The notes below the pieces were generated by a model. It did no database searches and was not told the origin of the DNA. It saw nothing but the letters and a program-made list of their open reading frames with translations. A stretch of DNA of 64,000 nucleotides from positions 994,001-1,058,000 of the forward strand of contig CM075993.1 of NCBI GenBank assembly GCA_038087875.1. Reading direction: 5' to 3'. A program made the position numbers and the translations under genes. The DNA comes from Malacoraja senta. Taxonomy: Eukaryota. The number at the start of each line of letters is the position of its first letter. The first letter of the stretch is position 1. Shown here one piece after another: positions 51,723-64,000 of the stretch.

Positions 51723-52575
51723 GGAGGAAGGATTCCTCCTACAGGGATGAGGTGGAGCAGCTGACAGGGTGGTGTGGAGAAAATAACCTGCTCCTCAACA
51801 CCTCAAAGACCAAGGAGCTCATAATTGACTACAGGAAGAAGAAAACGGACATTACACCACTAATCATCGATGGGGACTGTGTGGAAAGGGTGGCGGATTT
51901 CCGCTTCCTGGGAATCCACATTGAGGAGGACCTGACTTGGAGCGTGAACACCTCTGCGCTGCTGAAAAAGGTCCAGCAGAGATTGTACTTCCTGAGGGTG
52001 CTCAGGAAGAACAACATCGCCCAGAGACTGCTGCTGTCCTTTTATCGGTGCTCAATAGAGAGCATCTTAACATACTGTGTATGCGTGTGGTACACCAGCT
52101 GCACAGCGGCTAAGAGGAAAGCGCTCCAGAGGGCTATTGACAACGCCCAGAAGATTATCGGCTGCCCTCTCCTCACCTTGGAGGACCTACACAGTTCCCA
52201 CTGTCTCAAAAAATCCCAGAAGATCATAAAGGACATTTTCCACCCCGGTCACTCCCTGTTTGAACTGCTGCCGTCAGGCAGACGGTACAGATCAATGAGG
52301 ACAAGGACAAACAGACTCAAAAACAGTTTTTATCCCACAGCAATAACTACACTTAATGTAGCCACCAAATGAGTACAGGTGTGCTACACACCAAAGGGAC
52401 TGGGAAATCCACAGAAGAATGGGGTTTTTTTTTTCATGTTATTTATTTTAGTTGTTTATCTTAGACTTTTGCTCTTAGAAAATGTGTGCACTGACTGGTT
52501 GGCATTTCTAATGTCGTTGTACATGTTTACATGTTATAATGACAATAAAGTATTCATTCATTCATTCATTCATTC
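51723..52575 (+). mobile_element. Rex1/Babar-like LINE, 5'-truncated; 206-aa uninterrupted C-terminal ORF
   Basis: ORF 51752-52372 (WCGENNLLLNTSKTKELIIDYR...FRFLGIHI...QRLYFLRVLRK...LLPSGRRYRS); UTR with AATAAA and (ATTC)n tail. Confidence 0.92.
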
Positions 52576-54719
52576 CAACAGTGGTGAGTGGAGAGAGGCA
52601 GAACTTTAGCCCAGTGACTGTGAAGAGATGGGGGCATGTTTTCAGGTGGGGGTGCTGCAGGGGTTGGAGGTGGATGCTACTCCCCAACATCTGCTGACCT
52701 TGCCCCGTAAGCTTATATGTATGGGTAGCAGTGTTGACAATCCTGGAGCACCTGCTGTTCACCTTGTAAACAATCCAATATATACACACAACGCTGGAGG
52801 AACTCAGCGGGACAGGCAGCATCTCTGGAGAGAAGGAATGGTCTGAATGGGTGACGTTTCGGGTCGAGACCCTTCTTCAGACAATCTAGATTGCAAACAA
52901 TCCATTTCCTGCATTCAGGTCCCTTCAGCTTCCATCACTTTCCCAATCCTTGTCTGTAATTTAATGGGCAGCAAGTCTGGGCTGGATTTACCCAGCTAAT
53001 TGTTAGACTTGGTGCCCGCTAATCTTTGATATTACAGGCAGTATGATTTCGCTAAATCCAGTTCTCTCATCCATTCTGGATATCAAGCGGAACAGATCTA
53101 CTGATTTGTGGGATGGCAGGAACCAGACATGGTGTTTGGGAGGGGGGGGGGAGGGGCGGGGCGGGGAGGGGAGAGGCAAAGACTGGCAAGTTGCCCCTAA
53201 CGTATAGGGAGTGAATGCAAAGCCGGTCACATTTAGTTTACAGTTTTAGAGATCGGCCCTCCCGAGTCCACACCGACCCGTTGATCACCATTCACACTGG
53301 TTCTGCATTCTCATAGAAACATAGAAATTAGGTGCTGGAGTAGGCCATTCGGCCCTTCGAGCCAGCACCTGCCATTCAATATGATCATGGCTGATCATCC
53401 AAAACCAGTACCCCGTTCCTGCTTTCTCCCCATATCCCTTGAGTCCCCAAGAGCTAAATCTCAACCTCTCCCTTCTGCACTAGGGGGTAATTAAGAGACC
53501 AATTAACCCACAAACCTTCACATCTTCGAGATGCGGGAGGAAAACCAGAGCACCCTGAGGTGACCCACGATGTCACGGGGAGAACATGCAAACTCCACAC
53601 AGACAGGAACTAAGGTCAGGATTGAATCCAGGGCTCTGGCACTGAGGCAGCAGCTCTACCAGCAGCACTACTGTGCTAAAAAAGTGTTCGTTTTTTTTAA
53701 ACCAGTAAATTAAAAGTGTCATCTCAATATTTTAAAGAACAAAGCCTTTCTAGCATTCCCACCTGATGATAAACTTTAAATCGATATTAATAAAAACAAC
53801 AGTTATTGCCACTTTATTTTGGGAACTTGAATAGGTTACTGTGTTTTCTGTATGACAACAGTTTCAGTTATCAGTTTAGTTTATTGTCACGTGTACCGAG
53901 GTACAGTGAAAAGCTTTTGTTGGGTGCTAACCAGTCAGCGGAAAGACAATACATGATTACAATCGAGCCGCTTACAGTGTACAGATACATGACAAGGGAA
54001 TAACGTTTAGTGCAAGGTAAAGCCAGTAAAGTCTGATCAAGGATAGTCCGAGGGTCGCCAATGAGGTAGACAGTAGTTCAGGACTGCTCTCTGGTTGTGG
54101 TAGGATGGTTCTGTGGCAGTGATTGGAACCGAGAGGAGTCACCCTGCTTTCTTCATGGAAAATCCTGAGAGCATGGAAATCACAGTCGATATGTCAACCT
54201 GAGCTGGAGGAACTCAGCGGGTCAGGCAGCATCTGTGGAGGGAATGGACATGTGATGTTTTGGGTCGGGACTCTTCCTCTGGCCAAAGGAATGGAATCCA
54301 CCCATCACTTGCCAGGCTCTGTCCTGCTCCCACCTCTATATTCCGGCTTTTTCCCCCCTACTCCATCAGTCTGAGGCAGGATCCCAACCCAAAACGTCAT
54401 CCGTCCATTCTCTCCACATATGCTGCCTGACCCGCTGAGTTCCTGCAGCACTTGTGTAGGATGGAACTGCAGATGCTGGTTCAAACCAAAGTTAGACACA
54501 AAATGCTGGAGTAATTCAGCGGGCCAGGCAGCATCTCTGGAGAAAAGGAAGAAGGGTCTCAAACCAAATCGTCACCTATTCCTTTTCTCCAGAGATGCCG
54601 CCCGACCCACTGAGTTCCTCCAACACTATGTTTTGCTCTGGCTTACGTATCGACAGTTCTTTCTATGCTGTCAGGAACTCCAATGAAGACAGCTGGTTGA
54701 CTCCTCTGAAGTTTGATCA

Positions 54720-55015
54720 TGTCATGATACAAAAAAGACAGAATGTATTACAGTTCCCAAAATAAAGTCACAATAGCTGCTGTTCTTTATATTAATATTG
54801 ATTTAAAGTTTAATATCAGGAGAGATGGCAGAAGAGCATTGATCTTCAAAATATTGTCATGGGACTTTTAATTTACTTGCGAGTGCAGATAGGGCCTTGG
54901 CTTAAAATCTTATCCACCGAGCCCGCAGCTGTGTGTGGACATTCTCTCCGACTGTAATGAGGTGTCAGCCTGGGTTTAGTCCTTCAGACTCAGTGAGTGG
55001 GGCTTGACATCACAC
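54720..55015 (-). mobile_element. Ancient Deu-SINE-like remnant
   Basis: gcagatagggccttgg...gtgtcagcctgg...gagtggggcttga resembles, from memory, the reverse strand of the conserved Deu domain. Confidence 0.55.
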
Positions 55016-55449
55016 AAAGGCAAGAGAGAAACACAGTGTTTAGAGATAGTCACCCATTCACACTTGTTCCGTGTTATCCCACATTCCCATGCGCTCCCTA
55101 CACACTCGGGATAATTTACAGAAGTCAATTAACCTACAAACCTGCACGTCTTTGGGATGTGGGAGGAAACTGGAGCACCCGGAGGAAACCCACGCAGTCA
55201 CAGCAAGGTGGCGCAGCGGTAGAGTTGCTGCCTTACAACGCTCACAGCGCCAGAGACCCGGGTTCGATCCCAACAATGGTGCTGTCTGTACGGAGTTTGT
55301 ACATTCACCCCGTGATCTGCGTGGGTTTTCTCTGAGATCTTCTGTTTCCTCCCACACTCCAAAGCCGTACAGGTTTGTAGATTCATTGGCTTGATATAAG
55401 TGTAAATTGTCAATAGACAATAGGTGCAGGAGTAGGCCATTCAGCCCTT

Positions 55450-56577
55450 CATATAACCATATAACCATATAACCATAACAGCACGGAAACAGGCCATCTC
55501 GGCCCTTCAAGTCCGTGCCGAACATTTAAATTTTTTTTAAATTATTATTATTTTTTTTTAAATTAAAAATAAATACTTCCCCCTAGTCCCATCTACCTGC
55601 ACTCAGACCATAACCCTCCATTCCTTTTCCGTCCATATACCCATCCAATCTATTTTTAAAGGATAACATCGAACCTGCCTCCACCACTTCCACTGGAAGC
55701 TCATTCCACACAGCTACCACTCTCTGAGTAAAGAAGTTCCCCCTAATGTTCCCCCTAAACTTCTGTACCTTAATTCTCAAGTCATGTCCCCTTGTTTGAA
55801 TCTTCCCTACTCTCAATGGGAAAAGCTTATCCACGTCCACTCTGTCTAACCCGCTCATAATTGTAAAGACCTCTATCAAGTCCCCTCTTAACCTTCTGCG
55901 CTCCAAAGAATAAAGACCTAACTTGTTCAACCTTTCTCTGTAACTTAGTTGCTGAAACCCAGGCAACATTCTAGTAAATCTCCTCTGTACTCTCTCTATT
56001 TTGTTGACATCCTTCCTATAATTAGGCAACCAAAATTGTACTCCATACTCCAGAATTGGCCTCACCAATGCCTTGTACAATTTTAACATTACATCCCAAC
56101 TTCTATATTCAATGCTCTGATTTATAAAGGCCAGCACACCAAAAGCTTTCTTTACCACCCTATCTACATGAGATTCCACCTTCAGGGAACTATGCACAGT
56201 TATTCCTAGATCCCTCTGTTCAACTGCATTCCTCAATTCGCTACCATTTACCGTGTACGTCCTATTTTGATTTGTCCTGCCGAGATGTAGCACCTCACAT
56301 TTGTCAGCATTAAACTCCATCTGCCATCTTTCAGCCCACTCTTCCAAATGGCCTAAATCTTTCTGTAGACTTTGAAAATCTACTTCATTATCCACAACAC
56401 CACCTATCTTAGTATCATCTGCATACTTACTAATCCAATTTTCTACACCTTCATCCAGATCATTGATGTACATGACAAACAACAGTGGACCCAACACAGA
56501 CCCCTGAGGCACCCCACTAGTCACCGGCCTCCAACCTGACAAACAGCCATCCACCATTACTCTCTGGCATCTCCCAT
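55450..56577 (-). mobile_element. Young CR1-type LINE, 5'-truncated; 335-aa uninterrupted RT ORF
   Basis: ORF 55583-56590 includes GVPQGSVLGPLLF and YADDTK; almost identical to 44549-45480; (AACCATAT)n tail on the + strand. Confidence 0.95.
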
Positions 56578-57714
56578 TCAATGTGATCATGGCTGATCAT
56601 CCCCAATCAGTACCCCGTTCCTGCCTTCTCCCCATATCCCCTAACTCCTCTATTTTTAAGAGCCCTATCTAGCTCTCTCTTGAAAGCATCCAGAGAACCT
56701 GCCTCCACCGCCCTCTGAGGCAGAGAATTCCACAGACTCACCACTCTCTGTGAGAATAGATGTTTCCTCATCTCCGTTCTAAATGGCTTACCCCTTATTC
56801 TTAAGTGTGTCCCGAGTGTGTGTAGGATAGTGTTGACGTGCGGGGATCGCTGGTCGGCACGGACTCGGTGGGCCGAAGGCCCTGTTTCCGCGCTGTATCT
56901 CCAAACTAAACTAAACACAGCGCGAACGTGCAAACTCCACACAGGCAGCATCTGAGGTCAGGATCGAGCCCGGGTCTCTGGCTCTGTGAAGCAGCAGCTC
57001 TACCTGCTGCAGGGCGGTAGGTAACACCCTCGAGCAAGGTAAAGGCGGGAGGTTGTCCAGTGGTGGTCTGGCCTAGACTCACCTCATGCAGGTACAGCGA
57101 GGCCACCAAAACCACAACGCCCTCTATCTGTAAGACCTCCACCGCTCACTGACGGCAAACACAGGCCTAGGCCTGAGCCTCCGGCCTGAGCCATTATTTA
57201 AACCACTGAAAGTCAATATACTCTGACCCTCATTAAATGGAAAGATCATTGCCAGGTTCACCTGTGGATACCCTTAAACAATAATCAATAAACATTCTGC
57301 TCAGGAATATAATTACCTTGGAAATGTCATAAATTCTTGATACTTTCTCAATGAAGTCGAAGCTTTTACCAACTTCTCTCACGGGGCTGAATGTGGTAAA
57401 AATGCAAATGTCTGCCCGCCACTAAAAGAGACATTTTTATCTTAATGTGGAAGAATCATCGCTCCTCTTGACTCTGGCTGCTGGCAATGTGGGATTCTAG
57501 TGCTGTGGTCATCAGTTATGTGTGGTTTATGCTCATACACTGCGCCACTTTAACGCACTCTGATATCACACTCATAAATTGACTCAAACACTAGCATCTT
57601 AAACAGAACAGAATGAGGGAAATACTGATCTATTTCCCCTCGCTGTGTGGACAGGGAGACACACTGTGATTCTCAACCGCCCACTGTTCATCAACGTGGG
57701 CAAGAATAAAGAGG

Positions 57715-58172
57715 GATAGATGGATAGAGAGAGAGACAGAGAGGGAGGGAGGGAGGGTGGAGGGGGGGAGAGGAGGGGTAGAGAAAGTGGAGGGGGAGAG
57801 AGGGTGGGAAGGGGTGAGTGTGGGAGACAGAGGGAGTGTGGGAGCGGATGGGAGGGGGGAGGGTGGTAGCAGATGGGAGGGGGGAGAGAGATAGAGGGGG
57901 AGAATGTGGGGAAACGGAGAGAGGAGGGAGAGAGAGGGCGAGGGGAGAAAGTGGGGAGAGAGACAGAGAGAGAGACAGAGACAGACAGACAGAGAGAGAG
58001 AGACAGAGAGACAGAGACAGAGAGACAGAGAGACAGAGAGACAGAGAGACAGAGAGACAGAGAGACAGAGAGAGAGAGACAGAGAGAGAGAGACAGAGAG
58101 AGAGAGACAGAGAGAGAGAGACAGAGAGAGAGAGACAGAGAGAGAGAGACAGAGACAGAGAGAGACAGAGAC

Positions 58173-58205
<33 letters not shown>

Positions 58206-58240
58206 CAGAGAGAGACAGAGAGACAGAGAGACAGAGAGAC

Positions 58241-58284
<44 letters not shown>

Positions 58285-58470
58285 AGAGAGACAGAGAGAC
58301 ACAGAGAGACAGAGAGACAGAGAGACAGAGAGACAGAGAGACAGAGAGACAGAGAGACAGAGAGACAGAGAGACAGAGAGACAGAGAGACAGAGAGACAG
58401 AGAGACAGAGAGACAGAGAGACAGAGAGACAGAGAGACAGAGAGAGACAGACGGGAGATAGTGTGAGAGA
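57715..58470. repeat. Polypurine tract and (GAGACAGA)n/(GA)n microsatellite
   Basis: Directly visible; explains the RE-rich and SL-rich ORFs. Confidence 0.97.
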
Positions 58471-60339
58471 GACTCAAATACGTAAAATACTAGGTGGAAC
58501 TAAAGGAGAATAAAGAGGGGCCAAGAAGGAAAGAGGGACAAACTGCTAAAGGACATGACAGGGATATTGAGAGAGAGGGAGAGGCAGTGGGAGAAAAAAC
58601 AAGAGGAATCACGGGGCAAAGAATTATCGTAAGCGCTGATCAATGTTGAGATCTCTCTGATCTCCCACCCTCAGGGGAACGCTAGCCTTTAGGAACTGAT
58701 AAGAAGGACTCTCGATCAGATTTGCCATCACATTGAATAACCCTGCGTGTATTTCAAAGTGCTGTCACCAGTGCGTTCAGCCTAATAGGATGCTGAGGAG
58801 CTGATTGTAAGCTCTATCTCTTCGATTTGAGTGATACATTTTATTAAATGTCAGCCTCCCTTTTTTTCCCTTCACTAAGCCCGCGATGATATTGTAATAT
58901 AATAGAGAGAGAAGATGGCACTCAGTGACTGATGTTGCTGTCAGAGAACGTCATGCATCACTACACGCCAGAATGATGTTCACACAAGCTTAATAGTAGC
59001 ACCATTACAGTGGAATAACACTGACTGGACCTGGATATTTACCGTAGAACACTTCACAGCCAGTGCCTGCGCTGTATTGCAGAGGACACGTCTGCTCTCC
59101 TAATCAGAAGAAGGATATATTTGCCCTTGAAAAAGCAAAGATGAGGATGAACTGGAATTAGGATTGTCCTTTTCTTTACAAATTTTCCTCCTGTTCAGAA
59201 GGCACTTGATTGTTGTTAGATGAATTTATGAGCATGAATCTGCCAGCTGCCTTATCCAATATTCACTACTCATAAACACACCGTTTCAGCTCGCTATTTA
59301 ACCGAGGGATCAGCATCAGAGTGACTGTGTCTTCACTCAACCACATACTTGAAGATATAACATATGTTGTTGATAAAGGGGAACTGGTGGAAGGACTGTA
59401 TTTAGATTACCAGGAGGCATTTGATAAGGAATCGCATCAGATGATTCTCCAGGAAATAATAGCTTCTGGTGCAAGAGGCAACATGTAGTTCTGGATCGAA
59501 GACTGACTGGGTAACAGGAAACCGTTTGCAGGAATAGGTCTATGTCCGGTTGTCAGGATGCAATGAGTACTGTGCCACAGGGGCTGGGGCTCTGGGCCCA
59601 ACTTTGTACAATTTAAATCGGACATTTCAGAGACTTGCAAGATGATGCCAGAGTGCGGGGACTCTGTGCGTGTTGTTCCAGAAGAGGATCTATTACTCTC
59701 ATGTGTGGAATGATTGATGGATAGCATGAAGAACAAGCACTTACTTCACTGTATCTCTGTGCAGGTGACAATGACAAGGCTGTTGAAACATTGGTTCGGA
59801 AGCAAGCACCAAGGGGAGGGCCACTAAATTTGCTGGTCTCAATCCAAAACGTTACCCATTCCTTCTCTCCAGAGATGCTGCCTGTCTCGCTGAGTTACTC
59901 CAGCATTTTGTGTCTATCTACCAAAACATGACTACGTTTTCAGCTGTGGATCAACATGCATCTGCCTCTGAAAGTCAACCAGCCTGACTTCAACCTGTCC
60001 ATGCTGATTGAGATGCACCATGGCTAGTTCCACCTGCCCATGTATGGTCCATATCTCTCTCATCCTTTCCTATCCATGTACCTAGCTAAATATATTTTAA
60101 ATGGGGAAAAGGACCTCCAGAAACTCCGAAGGTTGACAACCTCGGAGAGAATACATCCTCCAAAATCTCAAAGTGGCCCCCTACTCTGAAACTCTGCCTT
60201 ATGGTTCGAGATTCCCCAGGAGAGCATGGAACCTCTCAGCATCCATCATGTCAAGCAAGGAGCAGTCTTTGTTGCAGTCGACTCCGGCACCACTCCCCAA
60301 CTCTTTGTCTGCCTCATCAACAATTGTGTTGCTGCTGTC

Positions 60340-60500
60340 ACTTGCACCCGTGCAGAAACTCCCCTGTCTGCCCTCACTTGCACCATTTCAAGCACCTCTC
60401 TCCCCTTTCCCGATCTCTCAGTCTCAGGTTTGCTCATCCCTGCCCAGTAATCTTGACCTACAACCCTAGGAGATGCAACACCTGTCCCCGAACCTCAGAT
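60340..60500 (+). mobile_element. Degenerate PLE RT/linker remnant
   Basis: ALTCTISSTSLPFPDLSVS and PRRCNTCP resemble the PLE RT 'LPFLD' motif and the Cys linker. Confidence 0.5.
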
Positions 60501-60939
60501 TCCTATCATTTCTCCAAATCCTTCTTCTTATTTATGGTCACAGTCCACGGTTTCCCAACTCAACTTTCAATTGCCTTAATCACATTTATTTAAGACATTA
60601 GTTTCACACCGAAGTTTCTCACATTCAAACGGGATGTGACATTTTTCTATCATATTATGAAAACTCTTCTCCGAAGGATCTTTTACGACAGGACCATTAA
60701 TTAAGCAAGCCTCATTGCACAGTCAGATCTAAAGTAGCCACAACCTAAAGTACTTCTCAAATTCATTCGATTGAAGTTTTTAGGTTGAATTTGTCAATCT
60801 TATTGAAGAGGTTTAAGTCACCCATTATATGACACTACCTTCCTAACATGCCCTCAGTGTACACTGCTTTATGCTCTGGCCCTGCAATGCACCTGCTATT
60901 GACGTATACAGAATGCCTACATATTGTACAATGCATGCC

Positions 60940-61220
60940 GGCAGCACCTTCAGCAACAGACTGGTTCCACCAAGATGCAGCACAGAACGCCACAGGAGAT
61001 CCTTCATCCCTGTGGCTATCAAACTGTACAACTCCTCCCCCTTCTGTCGTGGGGTAGACTGAGACTGAGACTGACTCCCCCTGCCCGTCCCCTAACTTTG
61101 CAAATCTCCAAGCCTTTCCACTCGTCACTTTAATTTTGTGTTTCATGTATTGTATATATTTACTAACTGTTGGCAGATCAATTTCCCTCCTGGGATAAAT
61201 AAAGTACTATCGTATCGTAC
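60940..61220 (+). mobile_element. Rex1/Babar-like 3' end with (TATCG)n tail; sibling at 42795-43062
   Basis: STFSNRLVPPRCSTERHRRSFIPVAIKLYNSS; aataaagt..tatcgtatcgta in both copies. Confidence 0.8.
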
Positions 61221-61389
61221 AATCTACTCTTACCTGTGACTCGAAGATAGACACAAAAAGTTGGAGTAACTCAGTGGGACAGGCAGCATCTCTAGAGGGA
61301 AGGAATGGGTGACATTTCCGGTCGAGACCCTTCTTCAGACTGGAGAAACCCATTGTCTGAAGAATGGTCTTGACAAACCCTACGCAAAC

Positions 61390-61580
61390 CCAAGCCAATT
61401 AACCTACAAACCTGCACGTCTTTGGAGTGTGGGAGGAAATCGAAGATCTCGGAGAAAACCCACGCGGTCACGGGGAGAGCGTGCAAACTCTTTACAGACA
61501 GAACCCGTAGTCGGGGTTGAACCCGGGGTCTCCGGCGCTGCAAGCGCTACAAGGCAGCGTCTCTACCAGCGTGGCCACCC
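61390..61580 (-). mobile_element. HE1-like V-SINE fragment
   Basis: Same family as 35838-36123. Confidence 0.75.
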
Positions 61581-63374
61581 TCACAGTGGGCCTAATTCTC
61601 ACAGGTGTCATGACTGGTAATGAAAGCCACGGTTTGGGCATCGCCTGCTCAGTTCCACGGAATCTTGCCGTGCAGTTGCTGCTTTGACAACATTACCGCA
61701 GGAACCACAGCTTGAAAATGGGCTGTAATCTGTTGCACTGATTTAGTCCCCAAGCTGAGTTAGGAAATCTAATATCAAGTCAACTGGTTTCCTGGGAATT
61801 CCTTAGGAATTGGTGCCACGTTATATAACCCCGGCTTGATGCTTCTTTTGCCCAAGGCCATCCCCGGCTTACATTGGAGAGCAATCAGCTCAAAGTGCTG
61901 ATAACAAGGAAGATGGATACAGTATCCTGCCAGCAGCAGCAGGAGGTGATTCTATTGGCGACTATGTCGAACCGTATGAGGGTAGAGCACAGAATGAGAT
62001 TTCTGTCAGCAGGAATAACAAATCTACAGCAGAATTGTCACAATCGGCAGAGGCCTGAGCTGCAGCTCCCTGTGCAAAATGTGGGGCCGCTGAGATTACA
62101 AAAAATGAAATATTGAGCATTTGTCACATCCCAGTTCGATAAGGACAGCTCTGATCTTTACATTCAATCTGCAGAAATCCACCAATACAACACTCTAACA
62201 GTGTCTGTACAGCAACTGAAATAATTCATTTAGAATTCCCCTCCATTGGTGCAAACCAGCTTATATATCCACGACTGGAATAGAATCTGAGGATTGCACA
62301 GCAGAACGGGAGGCCATTCGGCCCAATAAACCTGTGCTAGAATTCAGCAGTGATCCTATTGGTCCCATTCTCCAACTCATCTCACTATTCTGCTGCACCA
62401 CTGAATTGAATTGAATTAAATACATTTTAAGTCTGTACACATACAAGGAATTTGCCTTGGTGCTTTGCTCGCAAGTATATACAGTAGACGATATACAGTA
62501 AAAATATAATATTATAATTTACACATGTGAAGAAGGAAATAAAATACCAGAGCAAAAGGAGGCTACAGACTTTTGGCTGTTGAGTGGAGCCATCAGATCG
62601 CACTTTCCGTATCTCAACATTGTGTGTGGACAATGGTTGTGAAAATCGCTGGTACTCTTTATCAATCACTTTACATGTATGTCCTCTAGCTTCTGAACCA
62701 CTGCCACTCCTGATTTTGAACCCCCTCTTAAAGCTCTGCACTATAAGAAAATGTCCCCATTACTGAACTCCCTCATTTCTGTGTTATTCCCTCTGGACCC
62801 GTTACAAGGCCATGATATTGGAATTGGTTTCTTATTGGTACATGTACAGTTTTGCATGCTACCCACTCAGTTTACACCATGCATGAGTACGTAAACCAGA
62901 CAGGAAATATACAGAGAAAAGCAACCAGGATATATGGTGCAGACGATGTTACAGCTACAGAGAACGCAGATAAAATAAAGAAAAAATGCAAGGACAGCAG
63001 TGAGGTAGGTTGGGAGATCGGGAACACACCCTTGGCCTATGTGAGGTCCCTGCAGTAGTCTGATAACAGCAGAGAAGAAGTTGTTTCAGCCTTTGTTAAA
63101 GTAAACTGTACTTTACTGTCCTGAATTGAGAATAATTCTCCAGCTAATGCATAACCAATGGTTCATAAAGAGTTTATGATATATTAATAAAGCAAGTGTT
63201 CTGTGTGCTTTTCCATAGCCTTCTCAATTTATCTCATTCTAGGATTGTGCAACCTCTTTAGCATTGTGGCTTTTAGCTATTGTTTCTCCTCAGACTTTCA
63301 TTACTTCATCGTACATGCCTCGAGTAATGGTATCTGGTTGATTGAGATGGTTCCTTCATCGACTGCAGTCCTCA

Positions 63375-63700
63375 TAGTCATAGAGTGTGGAAACAGGCCC
63401 TTCAGCCCAACTTGCCCACACCGGCCAACATGTCCCAGCTATACTAGCCCCACCTGCCCGCATTTGGTCCATATCCCTCCAAACCTGTCTAATTGTTTCT
63501 TAAACATTGGTATAACCCCTGCCTCAACTACCTCCTCTGGCAGCTCGTTCCATACACCCACCACCCTTTGTTACCCCTCAGATTCCTGTTAAATCTTTTT
63601 CCCTTCACCTTAAACCTACATCCTCTGGTCCTCGATTCCCCTACTCTGGGCAAGAGACTCTGTGCATCTACCCGATCGATTCCTCTCACGATTTTATACA
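63375..63700 (-). mobile_element. CR1-type 3' fragment
   Basis: ggaaacaggcccttcagccc...ggcagctcgttccatacacccaccaccc...cctctggtcctcgattcccctactctggg. Confidence 0.7.
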
Positions 63701-64000
63701 CTGTGGGAGATTACAACATACCTCCTCTGGGACTGACACTGGTACTCCTCTCAATGGCCCTGTGGAAGGGTGGAAATTTGGACATGATGGTGTTCTTTCT
63801 TCACTATATATTCTATATTTTCATCGTGTTAACCCTGGGATCTCCACAGATTTTTCTCACTCTCTCCCCCATTGATTTAATGGTATTACACACTGTGAGC
63901 CTTTTGTCTGAGTTTCGAACTAATTAGCTTTTCTGGGATGCATTAACTAAAACAAACCTTTAATCATCCCACACCAGCAGGTTGAAGACACTTTGAGACG

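Noticed and set aside
51752..52372. 206-aa ORF as a possible host gene
   Set aside because: It is the C-terminal part of a Rex1/Babar-type RT ORF with LINE UTR and (ATTC)n tail, 5'-truncated at a MITE.
57083..57127. Minus-strand 45-nt exon-like segment (cttacAG...GAG|GTGAGT)
   Set aside because: Weak polypyrimidine tract, adjacent to repeats, and no recognisable peptide or partner exon.
57599..58513. Arg/Glu-rich and Ser/Leu-rich ORFs
   Set aside because: Translations of the (GAGACAGA)n microsatellite.

Overview
Repeat-dense, apparently non-coding vertebrate DNA with one 200-N scaffold gap (4097-4296). The tRNA-derived V-SINEs resemble the elasmobranch HE1 family, which suggests a cartilaginous fish, probably a skate or ray (inference). 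I found no host protein-coding exon I can support. Every long ORF is either a 5'-truncated LINE (CR1-type RT, Rex1/Babar-type RT), a Penelope-like (PLE) GIY-YIG remnant, or an artefact of a tandem repeat. The window also holds PIF/Harbinger-like MITEs, ancient Deu-SINE-like remnants and microsatellites. The most notable observations are RNA-level. (1) Two copies of a ~140-bp retroposon (28702-28842 minus, 44305-44440 plus) begin at the predicted cleavage site of a minimal 54-nt HDV/CPEB3-like ribozyme fold and end in a 3' stem-loop plus (AAG)n tail between target-site duplications. (2) Many PLE termini carry a minimal hammerhead core, and one of these cores has been amplified into a ~51 x 45-bp tandem array (45765-48098). 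(3) An unexplained 86-bp perfect inverted repeat brackets a two-unit minisatellite (6190-8594). Family names come from my recognition of motifs, not from database searches, and boundaries are approximate.
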